From the sequence record NC_049851.1: 64,000 nt of DNA. One strand, given 5' to 3'. Of this stretch, positions 27,798 to 37,355 are shown in pieces. Position 1 is the first letter of the stretch, and each line of letters begins with the position of its first letter. The position numbers were made by a program, and so were the translations under genes. The notes below the pieces were generated by a model. It searched no databases. It was not told the origin of the DNA and saw only the letters and a list, made by a program, of their open reading frames with translations.

Positions 27798-28556
27798 ATG
27801 GTGTTCCTAAACTGGTACAAGAAACTGTCGGGCGGCCGTGCGAGCCCTATCGCGACCGTCGCAGAGGCAATCAAGCAGGCGGCCCCGGACTCCAAGTACC
27901 CGACCGATGTATTCAAGGGTGACCACAAGAAACTGGTGGAGGAAGCCTCCGCGTTTCTGCGCACCAACAAACCGGGTGCCGAGTTCTACATCAGGACGAG
28001 TTCTTGGGCCGAGGACGTGGTGAAGTACGCGCTGGTGGCCCTGAATCAGGCTGGGCTGTACCCGCTTTATGAATGGCGGATGGTCGAGACGCTGAAACGG
28101 GAACACCCGATGATCGGCGGCCAGTCCAACGACTACATCCACGTGCTGACGGTGCGTGAGCCCGTACCCGCGCTTACCGCGACTGACGCACGCGAAGGTG
28201 CGGACGACGCTCGCAAGGAACTGCACGCGCGAGCCGCACGCACGGCCACCTCGGTGCTGACCGGGATCGATATCGCAGTTGACGCCGCACGTCGACGTGC
28301 AGACCTGCGTGCCAAGATCGAGCTTGCGTACGATTATCTGGACAACAAAGAGTACGAAAGTGAGCTTCTGCGCCTGCTCCGTAACGAGTTGACGGCGCGC
28401 GGGTTCCAGTACGAGATCGATGTACAACGTGTCAGGACCAGCATGTACAACCACTCGTGGCGCGTCTGCGGCACCCTCCACTGGGGCAGCGACGCACAGC
28501 CGGATTTGTTTGACACGGCTCCGCGAGAGATCAAGGAGGAAGGCGTGGATGGCTAA
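27798..28556 (+). CDS. Hypothetical protein
   Basis: TAAATG coupling; 252 aa. Confidence 0.7.
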   Translation: MVFLNWYKKLSGGRASPIATVAEAIKQAAPDSKYPTDVFKGDHKKLVEEASAFLRTNKPGAEFYIRTSSWAEDVVKYALVALNQAGLYPLYEWRMVETLKREHPMIGGQSNDYIHVLTVREPVPALTATDAREGADDARKELHARAARTATSVLTGIDIAVDAARRRADLRAKIELAYDYLDNKEYESELLRLLRNELTARGFQYEIDVQRVRTSMYNHSWRVCGTLHWGSDAQPDLFDTAPREIKEEGVDG

Positions 28557-28998
28557 ACCGTACTACCTGATCAGCGCGGACATCGCTGAGGTGCAGGTCC
28601 TGTCGATTCTGTCGAACGAGGTGCAAGTCGAGTACGACCGGCTCGTGTCCGAGGCCAACACCAAGTTCTACCGGGGCTGTACCACGGTCATCCGCTCGCA
28701 CATGGTCCATCACATGCAGAATCTGCTGGACCGGTTCTATCACTCGGACACGATTGCGGGCTACGTGATCACGTGTGACGACGACACGAATCCGGGCGAC
28801 GAGTTGCACGGGCTCAACATGCTGATCCATATTCCGCCCGGAGGCCAGCGCGGCGACGGTGTGGTGGAGCATCTGTTCCGTGGCCGTCGTTCGAATCCGG
28901 AGGCGGCTAAGGCGCTGGACAACGCAGTGGCCTACGCATCGACGATTCCGGCTCCGGAGCCGGTTTCGGATGCTGATCTTTACATGGAGGGTTTTTGA
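28549..28998 (+). CDS. Hypothetical protein
   Basis: Coupled ORF (MAKPYYL...). Confidence 0.6.
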   Translation: MAKPYYLISADIAEVQVLSILSNEVQVEYDRLVSEANTKFYRGCTTVIRSHMVHHMQNLLDRFYHSDTIAGYVITCDDDTNPGDELHGLNMLIHIPPGGQRGDGVVEHLFRGRRSNPEAAKALDNAVAYASTIPAPEPVSDADLYMEGF

Positions 28999-29207
28999 TG
29001 AAAGACAAACGTTACGATGCGCGGCTCAAGGAGTACGTGGAAAGCCCGGCCCACGTCGAGGCTTTCCTAGACGAGTACGAGGCACTGTGCCAGAAATTCG
29101 GCCTGAGTCTCGGCCACGAGGATGCGCACGGTGGTTTCATCATCGAGGAATTTCACGAATACAACATGAAGTGGGTGCGCGAGGCGTCCATGCAGGTGGA
29201 GGAATAA
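28995..29207 (+). CDS. Hypothetical protein
   Basis: GGAGG RBS. Confidence 0.6.
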   Translation: MMKDKRYDARLKEYVESPAHVEAFLDEYEALCQKFGLSLGHEDAHGGFIIEEFHEYNMKWVREASMQVEE

Positions 29208-29389
29208 TGGACCGAAGTGACGAGTATTACGAAGGCTACGATGCGTTCTGCGCCGGGCTCACTGACGCGGATAATCCGTACGAAGCTGGCACCGACAAGG
29301 GTATGGACTGGTTCGACGGCCATATGGATGCCGAGTGCGACCACATGGCCCCGGAACGTGAAGACGGCCCCCAGACGGAGGCACCGTGA
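29207..29389 (+). CDS. Rmf/CrpP-like small protein
   Basis: YYEGYDAFCAG...NPY......WFDGH matches the ribosome-modulation-factor-like pattern. Confidence 0.55.
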   Translation: MDRSDEYYEGYDAFCAGLTDADNPYEAGTDKGMDWFDGHMDAECDHMAPEREDGPQTEAP

Positions 29390-29595
29390 CCCTTATCGAA
29401 CTGGCGAACAAAGTGAACCAGATGCTGGCAGACGGCGCGGACCCCAATCTCGTGGTCGGCGGCCCTGATCCGTATGGTGACCTGCTGTGCGAGTTGCTGG
29501 ATATCGGACTCGCGCAGGGTGCCAATGCCGTACGCCGTGGCAAACAGCAGTACGTTGAATTGCTGGGAATCTGGTCGTTACCGGACCCGGACTAA
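29386..29595 (+). CDS. Hypothetical protein
   Basis: GGAGG RBS, GTG start. Confidence 0.55.
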   Translation: MTLIELANKVNQMLADGADPNLVVGGPDPYGDLLCELLDIGLAQGANAVRRGKQQYVELLGIWSLPDPD

Positions 29596-29605
29596 TGGAG
29601 GAAGG

Positions 29606-30451
29606 ATGTCGAAGAAGATGAAGAAGGACGTTATGGGTAACCAGATGAAAGCGTTCGAAGCGCAGGAAACGGGTCGCGAATTCATGCCCGAAACGTACAT
29701 CGTGGCGCGTCTCGACGGCCGTGCGTTCCACACGTTCACGCGTGGTCTGGAGCGCCCGTACTCGAAGCGGTTCTCGCGCTGCATGCTCACGACTGCGGCT
29801 GCTCTCGTCGAGGATTTCCACGCGGACCTCGCATACACCCAAAGCGACGAGATCACGCTGATGTGGGAACCGCGTGCTCAGGAAAACCTGCCGTTTGCGG
29901 GCCGCATCTTCAAATTCAATTCGCTGCTGGCAGCACGCGCATCCGTCGCGTTCCTGCGGGCGGTGGCGCAGGAGATTCCTGAGAAGGCGCACCTGAATCC
30001 GCTGTTCGACTGCCGCGCGTTCGCTACCCCGAACGAGGAAGTTGCGTTCTCCCAGTTCCTGTGGCGCGAGATCGATGCCACGCGCAACTCACTGATGATG
30101 CTGGCGCAGGCTCACTACTCCCACAAGGAGTTGCACGGCAAGGGCTCGGCGGCCCAGCACGATCTGCTGCACGCGCGTGGCATCAACTGGAACGACGAGC
30201 CCGCGTTCTTCAAGCGCGGGACCTACTTGCGCCGCTTGAACTACATGCGTACGCTCAGCGACGCGGAACTGGCACGTATTCCGGTGGCCAAGCGCCCTGA
30301 CGGTCCGGTGATCAGGAGCAACGTGTTCCCGCTGGCGGTGCCACCGGTCGCCAGTTTGGGCAGGTTCGATGCGATCTACGAATGTGGTGCTGATCGTACC
30401 AATCCGTGGTTCCCGGACGAGCGTCTGCGGGACTTGCCAGCCTATAACTAA
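29606..30451 (+). CDS. thg1: tRNA(His) guanylyltransferase Thg1-like protein
   Basis: IVARLDGRAFHTFT, YTQSDEITL, FDCRAF, FLWREIDATRNS and FFKRGT motifs. Confidence 0.92.
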   Translation: MSKKMKKDVMGNQMKAFEAQETGREFMPETYIVARLDGRAFHTFTRGLERPYSKRFSRCMLTTAAALVEDFHADLAYTQSDEITLMWEPRAQENLPFAGRIFKFNSLLAARASVAFLRAVAQEIPEKAHLNPLFDCRAFATPNEEVAFSQFLWREIDATRNSLMMLAQAHYSHKELHGKGSAAQHDLLHARGINWNDEPAFFKRGTYLRRLNYMRTLSDAELARIPVAKRPDGPVIRSNVFPLAVPPVASLGRFDAIYECGADRTNPWFPDERLRDLPAYN

Positions 30452-30462
30452 TCGTGTAAAGT
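30434..30462 (+). promoter_or_regulatory. sigma70-type promoter
   Basis: TTGCCA-17-TAAAGT. Confidence 0.55.
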
Positions 30463-30625
30463 TTGGCCTCTTTTACGGAGGTTGAATGAAAAGCGATGAG
30501 TTTTACGCCGGTCGGCTTGCAGGTCTGTGTCACCGCCTGCGAGTCAACCCGCATCAAACGAAGAGCAAACGCGCTGACTGGTTCGCCGGGTACGACGAGG
30601 CAAAGCGCATTCTCAAGGAGAAGCA

Positions 30626-30892
30626 ATGAAGGTTCGCAAGATCGCGAAGCGGCCACCGACGTACCTGCGTGTGGACACCGTGAACGTACCGACCGGATTC
30701 TACGGTGTGACGCAGCGGAAAACGAAGAACGGCGTAGACATCCACCTGATCACGGAGCGGAAGGAGTTCATCGCCCTGTACGGTCAGCCGGATTTCGACA
30801 CCACGGTCACGATCACGGATCGTGGAATCGCGTTGTTGGCCAGCCTCGATTTCCCGAGAGTGGTGCCTTATGCACAGCGGGTGCGCACGTGA
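30626..30892 (+). CDS. Hypothetical protein with MKVRKIAKR N-terminus
   Basis: AAGGAG RBS; first 9 residues identical to 45654-45983. Confidence 0.65.
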   Translation: MKVRKIAKRPPTYLRVDTVNVPTGFYGVTQRKTKNGVDIHLITERKEFIALYGQPDFDTTVTITDRGIALLASLDFPRVVPYAQRVRT

Positions 30893-31098
30893 AGCACAAA
30901 ATCCGCCATTTTGTGGGGACCGTGGAGCAGCCTCCGATTGAGGTGGACACCTCGATCCTCAACGATTCCACCTACCAATGGGCCAAGACACTGGTGCGCT
31001 GGTACGACGAGATCGGTCACTGGAACAACGATTCTGAAAACTCCAGCCTCTTCAACCTGCTGAAGCAGGAGATCAAGGAATACGAGGTTCGGCAATGA
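30889..31098 (+). CDS. Hypothetical protein
   Basis: GTGA overlap. Confidence 0.55.
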   Translation: MKHKIRHFVGTVEQPPIEVDTSILNDSTYQWAKTLVRWYDEIGHWNNDSENSSLFNLLKQEIKEYEVRQ

Positions 31099-31307
31099 AC
31101 AGATACAACAGTTTCCCCGAAATCCACCACCACGACGCGGCGGACCTAGCACGCGATCTCGTGAAGTGGATCGAGGCGTCGGACCCAGAATTGGGCTCTC
31201 CCCTTCTGGACTTCTGCTATCGTCTGGAAGACGAGATTACCGCATTCCAAGACCGTATCATCGTGGCGGACCGCGAAGCGTATTATCAGCATTATACGCC
31301 GAAGTAG
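31095..31307 (+). CDS. Hypothetical protein
   Basis: ATGA overlap. Confidence 0.6.
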   Translation: MNRYNSFPEIHHHDAADLARDLVKWIEASDPELGSPLLDFCYRLEDEITAFQDRIIVADREAYYQHYTPK

Positions 31308-31356
31308 TTGACAAGTCCCGTTCAGTTGAATAAACTGGCGGGACTTTATCTTTTCT
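31308..31356 (+). promoter_or_regulatory. sigma70 promoter embedded in a terminator-like hairpin
   Basis: TTGACA-17-TAAACT, with an AAGTCCCG/CGGGACTT stem and a TATCTTTT tail. Confidence 0.8.
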
Positions 31357-31366
31357 GGGGCGCAAA

Positions 31367-31996
31367 ATGCAGACCAAACAGATCAACAAACTGGAAGTCC
31401 TGAAGAACGTCATCAAGTGCGACTCGAACGCCGATGGTTGGGTTGATGCATACAAGATGGCGCATGCACTGGAACTCTACAGCTTCCACGGCGGCCCGGA
31501 CGACGCGCAGACCCGTCTCCGGGCCTATGCGGTCACCGAATGGCTCTGTACGGACACCCACGTGGGCCTCAGCGCCATCTACTTCGACGGCAAGCTCGTT
31601 GGCTGCATCGAACAGTGGTCGCGTAAGGGTGACGTGAACTACTCGTGGGTGAGTGCCGAGGCCGCGATGGCGGTCCGCAACTTTCTGGCCGAGGGCATGG
31701 AATTCGAGTTCCCGACCATCGGAGCCGATGACACTGTGGATTCGCGCTATCGCGTGAACTACCGTGATCAGATTCTGTGCGTCAACGGTTGGTACGCCGG
31801 TAAACCGGTCACCTACGTCAAGGAGCCGCGCGCTCGGGTAGACGGGAAGTATCTGGCGTTCGACGCCGATTACGACTGCGTTATCCTGATCGCGCACGAG
31901 GACGGCACCACCGAACGGATTCCGGTGTCCGAGTTCTACATGGACCTGCATGTCCCGAAGCACGTGGTCGACGATCTGTTGACAGACGCCGAATAA
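31367..31996 (+). CDS. Hypothetical protein
   Basis: 209-aa ORF directly after the promoter. Confidence 0.7.
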   Translation: MQTKQINKLEVLKNVIKCDSNADGWVDAYKMAHALELYSFHGGPDDAQTRLRAYAVTEWLCTDTHVGLSAIYFDGKLVGCIEQWSRKGDVNYSWVSAEAAMAVRNFLAEGMEFEFPTIGADDTVDSRYRVNYRDQILCVNGWYAGKPVTYVKEPRARVDGKYLAFDADYDCVILIAHEDGTTERIPVSEFYMDLHVPKHVVDDLLTDAE

Positions 31997-32033
31997 GCGC
32001 GTACGATACGCCCATCTGATCACGGGAGGCCCT

Positions 32034-32210
32034 ATGAAATACTTCTGGATTGCGGTTGTCGCGTTTCTCGTCTGCGACGCCTACCTGTACACTGAGAACG
32101 GTGAGTCGTATTTCTGGGGCAACCAACACCGTATCGAACGCCTTTTCAAACACGTGGCTCTCAGCCTCGGCACCTATCACGGTCAACAGGAGGACCAAGA
32201 CGATGAATAA
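32034..32210 (+). CDS. Small membrane protein (58 aa, not in the ORF track)
   Basis: GGAGG RBS; MKYFWIAVVAFLVCDAYLY...; stop overlaps the next start. Confidence 0.55.
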   Translation: MKYFWIAVVAFLVCDAYLYTENGESYFWGNQHRIERLFKHVALSLGTYHGQQEDQDDE

Positions 32211-33237
32211 ATACGCAGCGGAGTTCTTCGGCAAGTTTCACTACGCGATCACGGTCGGCTACGACAGGGCCGAGGGCGGCCCGTTCCAGTTCAACGATGG
32301 CATTTGCGAGAACTTCAGCGTGTACCTGCGTCGCGCTGGCGTCCCGGGCATCATCAAGGATGCGTATATGCGCGCGCTCGCCGACGCCTTCCAGTTCAAC
32401 GGACAGGGCCGCGTGTTCCCGTTCAATACGGGTCGCATGGCCGAGTACAGTGAGGAAGTGCTCACGAACACGGTCTACAAGAACGAGGAACGCAAGACGT
32501 TCCTGCGCAACATGGTCAACGACTACGATCTGGTCGAACACCGAGTGGTCACCAACCTGCTGGACCAGTATTTCCGTGAACTGGAACTTTGGCTGAACGG
32601 TAGCCTCGATGGGCAACGCCGGTTCCGGAACCACACCGGCATCTGCACGAACGTCGAGCACTGGCTCAAGTCCCATGGTGTGGACGATTTCGCACTCACC
32701 TGTAACATGCGGAACCAGTTGACCCAAGAGTTCCAGATTGCGATGGGTGCTCGTGACGAAGGGGTGTACGATGGCTACCCGTTCAACGCCAACGTCGGCC
32801 ACTACCTGAATGAAGCTCAAGCATGCACGACCTACGGCAACGCAAAGCGCGTAGCCTACATCCGTCGCCGGGCCGCACGTGCTTATCTGAACACGAGCAC
32901 CGTCGACTCGTTTCTGACCGAATTCCGTCACTGGTTCCGGGCGGCCCTTCCCGCCGACAACACGTTCTCGTCTGCGGCTGCTGTCTGTTCGAACCTGACA
33001 CGGTGGATGCGCAGCACCGGGGCAGACGACTTCGCGTGCACGTGGGCACAGAAGAACCTCATGGAAAAATTCGTGCGCATGGGGCTTCACGCGCGATTCC
33101 CGTTCAACGAGCGCGCGATGGAATACGCAGACGAGCGTGACGCCGGAACGTTTTACAAAAACCCCAAGCGCTGTGCTTGGATCGAAAAGATGGGAATCAT
33201 TTCGCATGAAGAACTCTGCAAGCAGTTCGGGGACTAA
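32203..33237 (+). CDS. Three-repeat protein of the GICxN...PFN family
   Basis: AGGAGG RBS; three ~110-aa domains, each with (G/A)(I/V)CxN and (F/Y)PFN...Y..E.....Y.N..R. Confidence 0.8.
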   Translation: MNKYAAEFFGKFHYAITVGYDRAEGGPFQFNDGICENFSVYLRRAGVPGIIKDAYMRALADAFQFNGQGRVFPFNTGRMAEYSEEVLTNTVYKNEERKTFLRNMVNDYDLVEHRVVTNLLDQYFRELELWLNGSLDGQRRFRNHTGICTNVEHWLKSHGVDDFALTCNMRNQLTQEFQIAMGARDEGVYDGYPFNANVGHYLNEAQACTTYGNAKRVAYIRRRAARAYLNTSTVDSFLTEFRHWFRAALPADNTFSSAAAVCSNLTRWMRSTGADDFACTWAQKNLMEKFVRMGLHARFPFNERAMEYADERDAGTFYKNPKRCAWIEKMGIISHEELCKQFGD

Positions 33238-33369
33238 GATTGACGACCCGAAGATCGAGATCGTACGCCAGTGCATCGAGCGTGCGGTCGTCGAGGCCGC
33301 TAATGGCGGTGACCTGTGGCTCACGACTTTCTTGGCCGCCGAGAAAATCGTGGACATGGTAAAGAGTAG

Positions 33370-33404
33370 TTGACGTAACGTCAGGGCCACTATATAGTGG
33401 CCCT
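33370..33404 (+). promoter_or_regulatory. sigma70 promoter with two palindromes
   Basis: TTGACG-17-TATAGT. TGACGT-A-ACGTCA lies over -35 and the perfect 22-bp palindrome AGGGCCACTATATAGTGGCCCT over -10. Confidence 0.85.
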
Positions 33405-33428
33405 TCCAACAAGTGACTGGAGGTGTTA

Positions 33429-33635
33429 ATGAACAACGTAGCGTCCCGCATTCTCGGCATCCTGAGCACCGAACTCGATCTCGAACCCGAGCACCTGAGT
33501 GTCGACCATTCGTTCCACTTTTCGGAATTCGAAACCGCACTGGACGACGAGTTCGATCTTCTGTCGGGTGCCGTCGTCTACGAATTCATGTCCGTGCGGG
33601 ACATGGCATCGCGCATCGAGCGAGTTCTGGCGTGA
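33429..33635 (+). CDS. Acyl-carrier-protein-like protein lacking the DSL loop
   Basis: Aligns by eye to AcpP (RILGILSTELDL...SF...EFETALDDEFD...SVRD); the VEDLGADSLD segment is absent. Confidence 0.65.
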   Translation: MNNVASRILGILSTELDLEPEHLSVDHSFHFSEFETALDDEFDLLSGAVVYEFMSVRDMASRIERVLA

Positions 33636-33952
33636 AGCTCAGTCCGCTACAGCGCAAGATTATGGTGCTGGTGCGTGACGCGTTTGTTACCTACTACAGC
33701 CACACCCAGCTTTTCATTTGTAACGAGGTGAAGACGGCCGCGCACGCGCTCAATCGATCAGTGGACGATTCGTCCGTGAACGACTTGCTGTGGGCTATTC
33801 GTGAAGCACTCGGAGGCCGTAATACGCTGGGTGATTGGCTCATGTGGGAGTATGACCCTGCTGTCTATCTGACGGGCACAGAGCGAAATCGTATCCTCAA
33901 CCTGTGTCGAGAAGCTTGGCTCGACGCTATTCTCGAACGGGGTGAAATTTGA
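33632..33952 (+). CDS. IC...RxAW paralogue family member
   Basis: LFICNEV ... ALGGRNTLGDWL ... REAWL. Confidence 0.7.
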   Translation: MKLSPLQRKIMVLVRDAFVTYYSHTQLFICNEVKTAAHALNRSVDDSSVNDLLWAIREALGGRNTLGDWLMWEYDPAVYLTGTERNRILNLCREAWLDAILERGEI

Positions 33953-34329
33953 AAGACGATGACGAGTACTTCAGCGCGAAAGAACTGGAAATCCTGAATC
34001 TGGTGCTGGAGCGGTTGGAACACGCGGCAGAGACCCCGGTGGATGGTGCCCATCAGTACCTGTGCCTGCACATCGGCAGCGTCGGGCGCGAACTCAGCTA
34101 CTCCAAAAAGCGCTATTTCTTCCATCGCCTATTCGGGCTCGACACCACGTACACGAAGGCGGCGCAAGCCCTGATCGAACAGATCGCACAAGCACTCGAC
34201 GGCAAGAGCGGCAACACGCTTCAGGGTTGGGTGAGTCTGCGCACTGGCTACATACCGTACGCAGATGTCATGAACGCGGCGCGTGATGCGTGGCTTCGTC
34301 GTGCACTCGAAATCGGGTATTTCGGATGA
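33949..34329 (+). CDS. IC...RxAW paralogue family member
   Basis: EILNLVLERL..TPVD..YLC.H resembles 56209-56586; ends RDAWL. Confidence 0.7.
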   Translation: MKDDDEYFSAKELEILNLVLERLEHAAETPVDGAHQYLCLHIGSVGRELSYSKKRYFFHRLFGLDTTYTKAAQALIEQIAQALDGKSGNTLQGWVSLRTGYIPYADVMNAARDAWLRRALEIGYFG

Positions 34330-34667
34330 GCACCGCACTGAATGCACGCCAGATGGAGATCATGGTGTTTGTGTGCGCTGCCCTCAACTACCGTGATTCG
34401 GCCTATCCGCAGTACATCTGCCAAGCTGTGAAAGACGCGGCATGTGATCTGGACGCCTGTGTCTGGTACGGGTTCTTGCGCCCATACCGCAGTCAGGTCA
34501 ATTCGATCCTGCGCATGATCGATCAGGCATTGGATTGTCGGACGTTGGAGCGTTGGCTCGCGGGCAAGGTTTCGTTCAACGGGTTCCCGGCTGACCAGCT
34601 TGGACTTTTCAATCAATGTCGGGCCGGTTGGCTCGAAACCATAATCGCGCGAGGGCGCATCGAATGA
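34326..34667 (+). CDS. IC...RxAW paralogue family member
   Basis: YICQAV ... ALDCRTLERWL ... RAGWL. Confidence 0.7.
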   Translation: MSTALNARQMEIMVFVCAALNYRDSAYPQYICQAVKDAACDLDACVWYGFLRPYRSQVNSILRMIDQALDCRTLERWLAGKVSFNGFPADQLGLFNQCRAGWLETIIARGRIE

Positions 34668-34879
34668 AGAAATATGTGGGAATTGCACTGATCTTGGGGC
34701 TGATGCTTGCCGCGCTTGCGGCTGTCGCAAACCCGACATCGGTGGTGATCGAAACGCGGTTCGGCTACATCCGCATCTACGACGTGTTGACCCCGGCAGG
34801 TCACCAGTGTACGATTGCGTCCTCCGAAGCGGACAGCAACAGTGCGGGCCGCGCATTGGCCATGCAGTGCTACAAATAA
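34664..34879 (+). CDS. Small secreted protein
   Basis: MKKYVGIALILGLMLAALAAVA signal peptide; two Cys. Confidence 0.65.
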   Translation: MKKYVGIALILGLMLAALAAVANPTSVVIETRFGYIRIYDVLTPAGHQCTIASSEADSNSAGRALAMQCYK

Positions 34880-34887
34880 GGAGAATC

Positions 34888-35139
34888 ATGAAGAAGCTCA
34901 TTCTGGCAGTGGCGTTGGTCGCTGCCCTCACCGGGTGCACGCGCCCGGATCAGGCACGTCGTCTGCTGGCGGCACAGGGCTACACGCAAATCGAGATCAC
35001 GGGCTACGCGCCATGGGCCTGCTCGGAAGACGACACGTTCCACACGGAGTTCCGTGCGGTATCGGCGGCAGGTCATCGGGTACAAGGCGTTGTCTGTTCA
35101 GCCTTGCTCAAAGGCGCAACTATTCGGCTGGAGGATTAA
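34888..35139 (+). CDS. Conserved phage lipoprotein
   Basis: Lipobox LTGC; GYAPWACSEDD...GVVCS..KGATIR pattern common in phages. Confidence 0.8.
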   Translation: MKKLILAVALVAALTGCTRPDQARRLLAAQGYTQIEITGYAPWACSEDDTFHTEFRAVSAAGHRVQGVVCSALLKGATIRLED

Positions 35140-35523
35140 ATGCGTGCAACTCATGCAAAGCTTGAAGTAACGGGAGAGCGTAGCGCCCTTATCACTGCCG
35201 ACATCATCGCGCGCTTTATCGGCAGCGAAATTACGTATCTCGCGGACTTGGTGGACGACACGCAACCCCTGCGGGTCGTAAACCTGCGCTTCCGTGGTGA
35301 TCTCGCAGACCTGCATGGTGAAAAGATCATGCTGCCGTTCGCGGATGCAGTTCGCGGCGGCAAGGCTCTCGGGCTGCTCATCAAGCGCATCAACTGCGCG
35401 GCGGCGCAAGTGGGCTATGCAGCACACAGTTTGGTTGATCAGTATGCTGGTGCAACCGTGGACACCGATGCGGAAACCGGGAAGATCGTGGTGACCGTAC
35501 GACTTCAAAGGAGCCGAGCATGA
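35140..35523 (+). CDS. Hypothetical protein
   Basis: GGAGG RBS, TAAATG coupling. Confidence 0.6.
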   Translation: MRATHAKLEVTGERSALITADIIARFIGSEITYLADLVDDTQPLRVVNLRFRGDLADLHGEKIMLPFADAVRGGKALGLLIKRINCAAAQVGYAAHSLVDQYAGATVDTDAETGKIVVTVRLQRSRA

Positions 35524-36341
35524 CGCCACGACAACGCGAAAACGCGCAGCACGCAATCAATCAGGGCAATCGCTACCCGCTCGACAGCCTGCAAACCGTC
35601 CACTGGACGCTGGACGCTGCTCGCGGTATCATGCGCGAACTGAACGGCCGTGACTCGTTTGGTGACGCGCCCGACGAGTGCGATCAGGCTGTTCTCGACG
35701 AAATCACGGTAGCGATCCAGAACATCATCCGGGTCGCGCACGCCTCTGTTAGCGAGCACGCGGATCAACCGCCCTCGGCCACCGATGCAGCCATCGCGCT
35801 GGCGCATGAAGCCCAGTCGGCCGTCACCTCGATCTACGCTACGCATTTCGGTATCGGTGACGTGCAGTGGCATGAGGACATCGAGCGCGAAACCGGGCTG
35901 GACGAGAACGACCGTCAGGAATTGCAGGAAGCACTGGAACAGCGTTTCAGCGCCGTGTTCGACGAACGCGAATTCGAGGCGTGCCGCACGGCCAGCGCTC
36001 TCGTCGCCTTTATCGTCAAGAACCTGCTGCCGTTCGAGGGCGACCCGCTGGTGGTTGCCACGCAGACGGCCAAGGATCGTGTGATCGTGGCCCGGGCCCT
36101 CTACAAGCTGCTGAGTGCCGATCTCAACATCCACGAATGCAGCAGCGCCGACCGCCTGTTCGAAGACCTCCAGATCAACAGCGCGGATGCTGGTAACCTG
36201 ATCCGCGATCTGGGTGACGATCTTGGCATCGACATCGCGAGTGTGCTGTTCCAACTCAAGGAGCCTGCTATCGAAGATGTGCTGGAGATCGGAGCCCTCA
36301 AGCTGGAGGCACAGCGTGCACGCAAGGTTGCCCATGGATGA
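35520..36341 (+). CDS. Protein with two tandem ACP-like domains
   Basis: Domain 1 has GLDENDRQELQEALEQRF (Ser replaced by Glu); domain 2 has EDLQINSADAGNLIRDLGDDLGIDI (Ser kept). Confidence 0.7.
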   Translation: MTPRQRENAQHAINQGNRYPLDSLQTVHWTLDAARGIMRELNGRDSFGDAPDECDQAVLDEITVAIQNIIRVAHASVSEHADQPPSATDAAIALAHEAQSAVTSIYATHFGIGDVQWHEDIERETGLDENDRQELQEALEQRFSAVFDEREFEACRTASALVAFIVKNLLPFEGDPLVVATQTAKDRVIVARALYKLLSADLNIHECSSADRLFEDLQINSADAGNLIRDLGDDLGIDIASVLFQLKEPAIEDVLEIGALKLEAQRARKVAHG

Positions 36342-36534
36342 TGTGGACGATTTCATGGACGACGGAGAGCCCGTGGATCGCGATCAGGCACTCGACATCC
36401 TGAACACGGCTAGTGTGTACCTCAGCCGCTACGAGAGCGAGGCTCGGGGTTCGCACGCGGACGACGTTTGGATCGCAAACGGAAATCTGAAGCGGCTTAT
36501 TTCGCAGTTGACAGCAGAGTGGTCGGCAGAGTAA
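36334..36534 (+). CDS. Hypothetical acidic protein
   Basis: Coupled small ORF. Confidence 0.5.
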   Translation: MDDVDDFMDDGEPVDRDQALDILNTASVYLSRYESEARGSHADDVWIANGNLKRLISQLTAEWSAE

Positions 36535-36537
36535 ACT
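36508..36537 (+). promoter_or_regulatory. sigma70-type promoter
   Basis: TTGACA-18-TAAACT. Confidence 0.65.
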
Positions 36538-36565
36538 GTCTTCTCTACAGTAAAGGAGGGGTCGC

Positions 36566-36853
36566 ATGAAGTGGTATCACCCGAATCATGTAACACCGGA
36601 TCGTGACCATTGCCCGTATTATGAGGACGACTACTCGGTCCCCGTGATCGTGACGATGCGTCTCGAAGACGGTGATCTGGTGGTTGCGTCCACGCAGTGG
36701 ATGTACTCGTACCGCGAACAGGGCTGGGTCGAGTGTGGGCTGGAGGACGGCCCGTCGCCTGCCGACTATTCGGATTACGGTGTGGTAGTGGCTTGGGCAT
36801 ACCCTCCTGAGCCGTGTGGGCCCAATGAATATGCGGAGGTAACGGATGTTTAA
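36566..36853 (+). CDS. Hypothetical protein
   Basis: AAGGAGG RBS. Confidence 0.65.
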   Translation: MKWYHPNHVTPDRDHCPYYEDDYSVPVIVTMRLEDGDLVVASTQWMYSYREQGWVECGLEDGPSPADYSDYGVVVAWAYPPEPCGPNEYAEVTDV

Positions 36854-37232
36854 CGAAGACGAATACGGTGAGATCACCGACGATCTGTACGCACAGCGCA
36901 CGATCTACATCGCAAACTACCACGACCGACACTATCCGGAAGACGACGAGATTCTGGGTGCGTTCTTTACCGAGGAAGAGGCGAAGGCCGCCAACGAAGA
37001 AGAGCGTCAGAACTACGTCGGCCGCTACCAAGAGGGCCACCACCGGGCGCGCGAGCACTACTACGGGGTGAAGCTCGCTACGCTGGAAACCCGTATCTCG
37101 GTCGACGACCTGCACCTGCTGCGTGCGCTGGAGGCCGGTGAATGCGACGAGGACGAGCAGAATGCAGTGTTCCGTATGGTAGCGCGCCTGCTGGGCCTGA
37201 GTGACGAAGACACCGACGCGGAGGACAAATGA
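36846..37232 (+). CDS. Hypothetical protein
   Basis: GGAGG RBS. Confidence 0.65.
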   Translation: MFNEDEYGEITDDLYAQRTIYIANYHDRHYPEDDEILGAFFTEEEAKAANEEERQNYVGRYQEGHHRAREHYYGVKLATLETRISVDDLHLLRALEAGECDEDEQNAVFRMVARLLGLSDEDTDAEDK

Positions 37233-37355
37233 TCAACCTGACGCAACACGAGAAAAACCTGATCGCGCGTCTGCGTGACTGCCGTCAGGAACTGAGCCCG
37301 GCTGACCGCCACGGCCTGCTGGACCTGATCGACGAACTTCTGGAGGCAGACGAAC

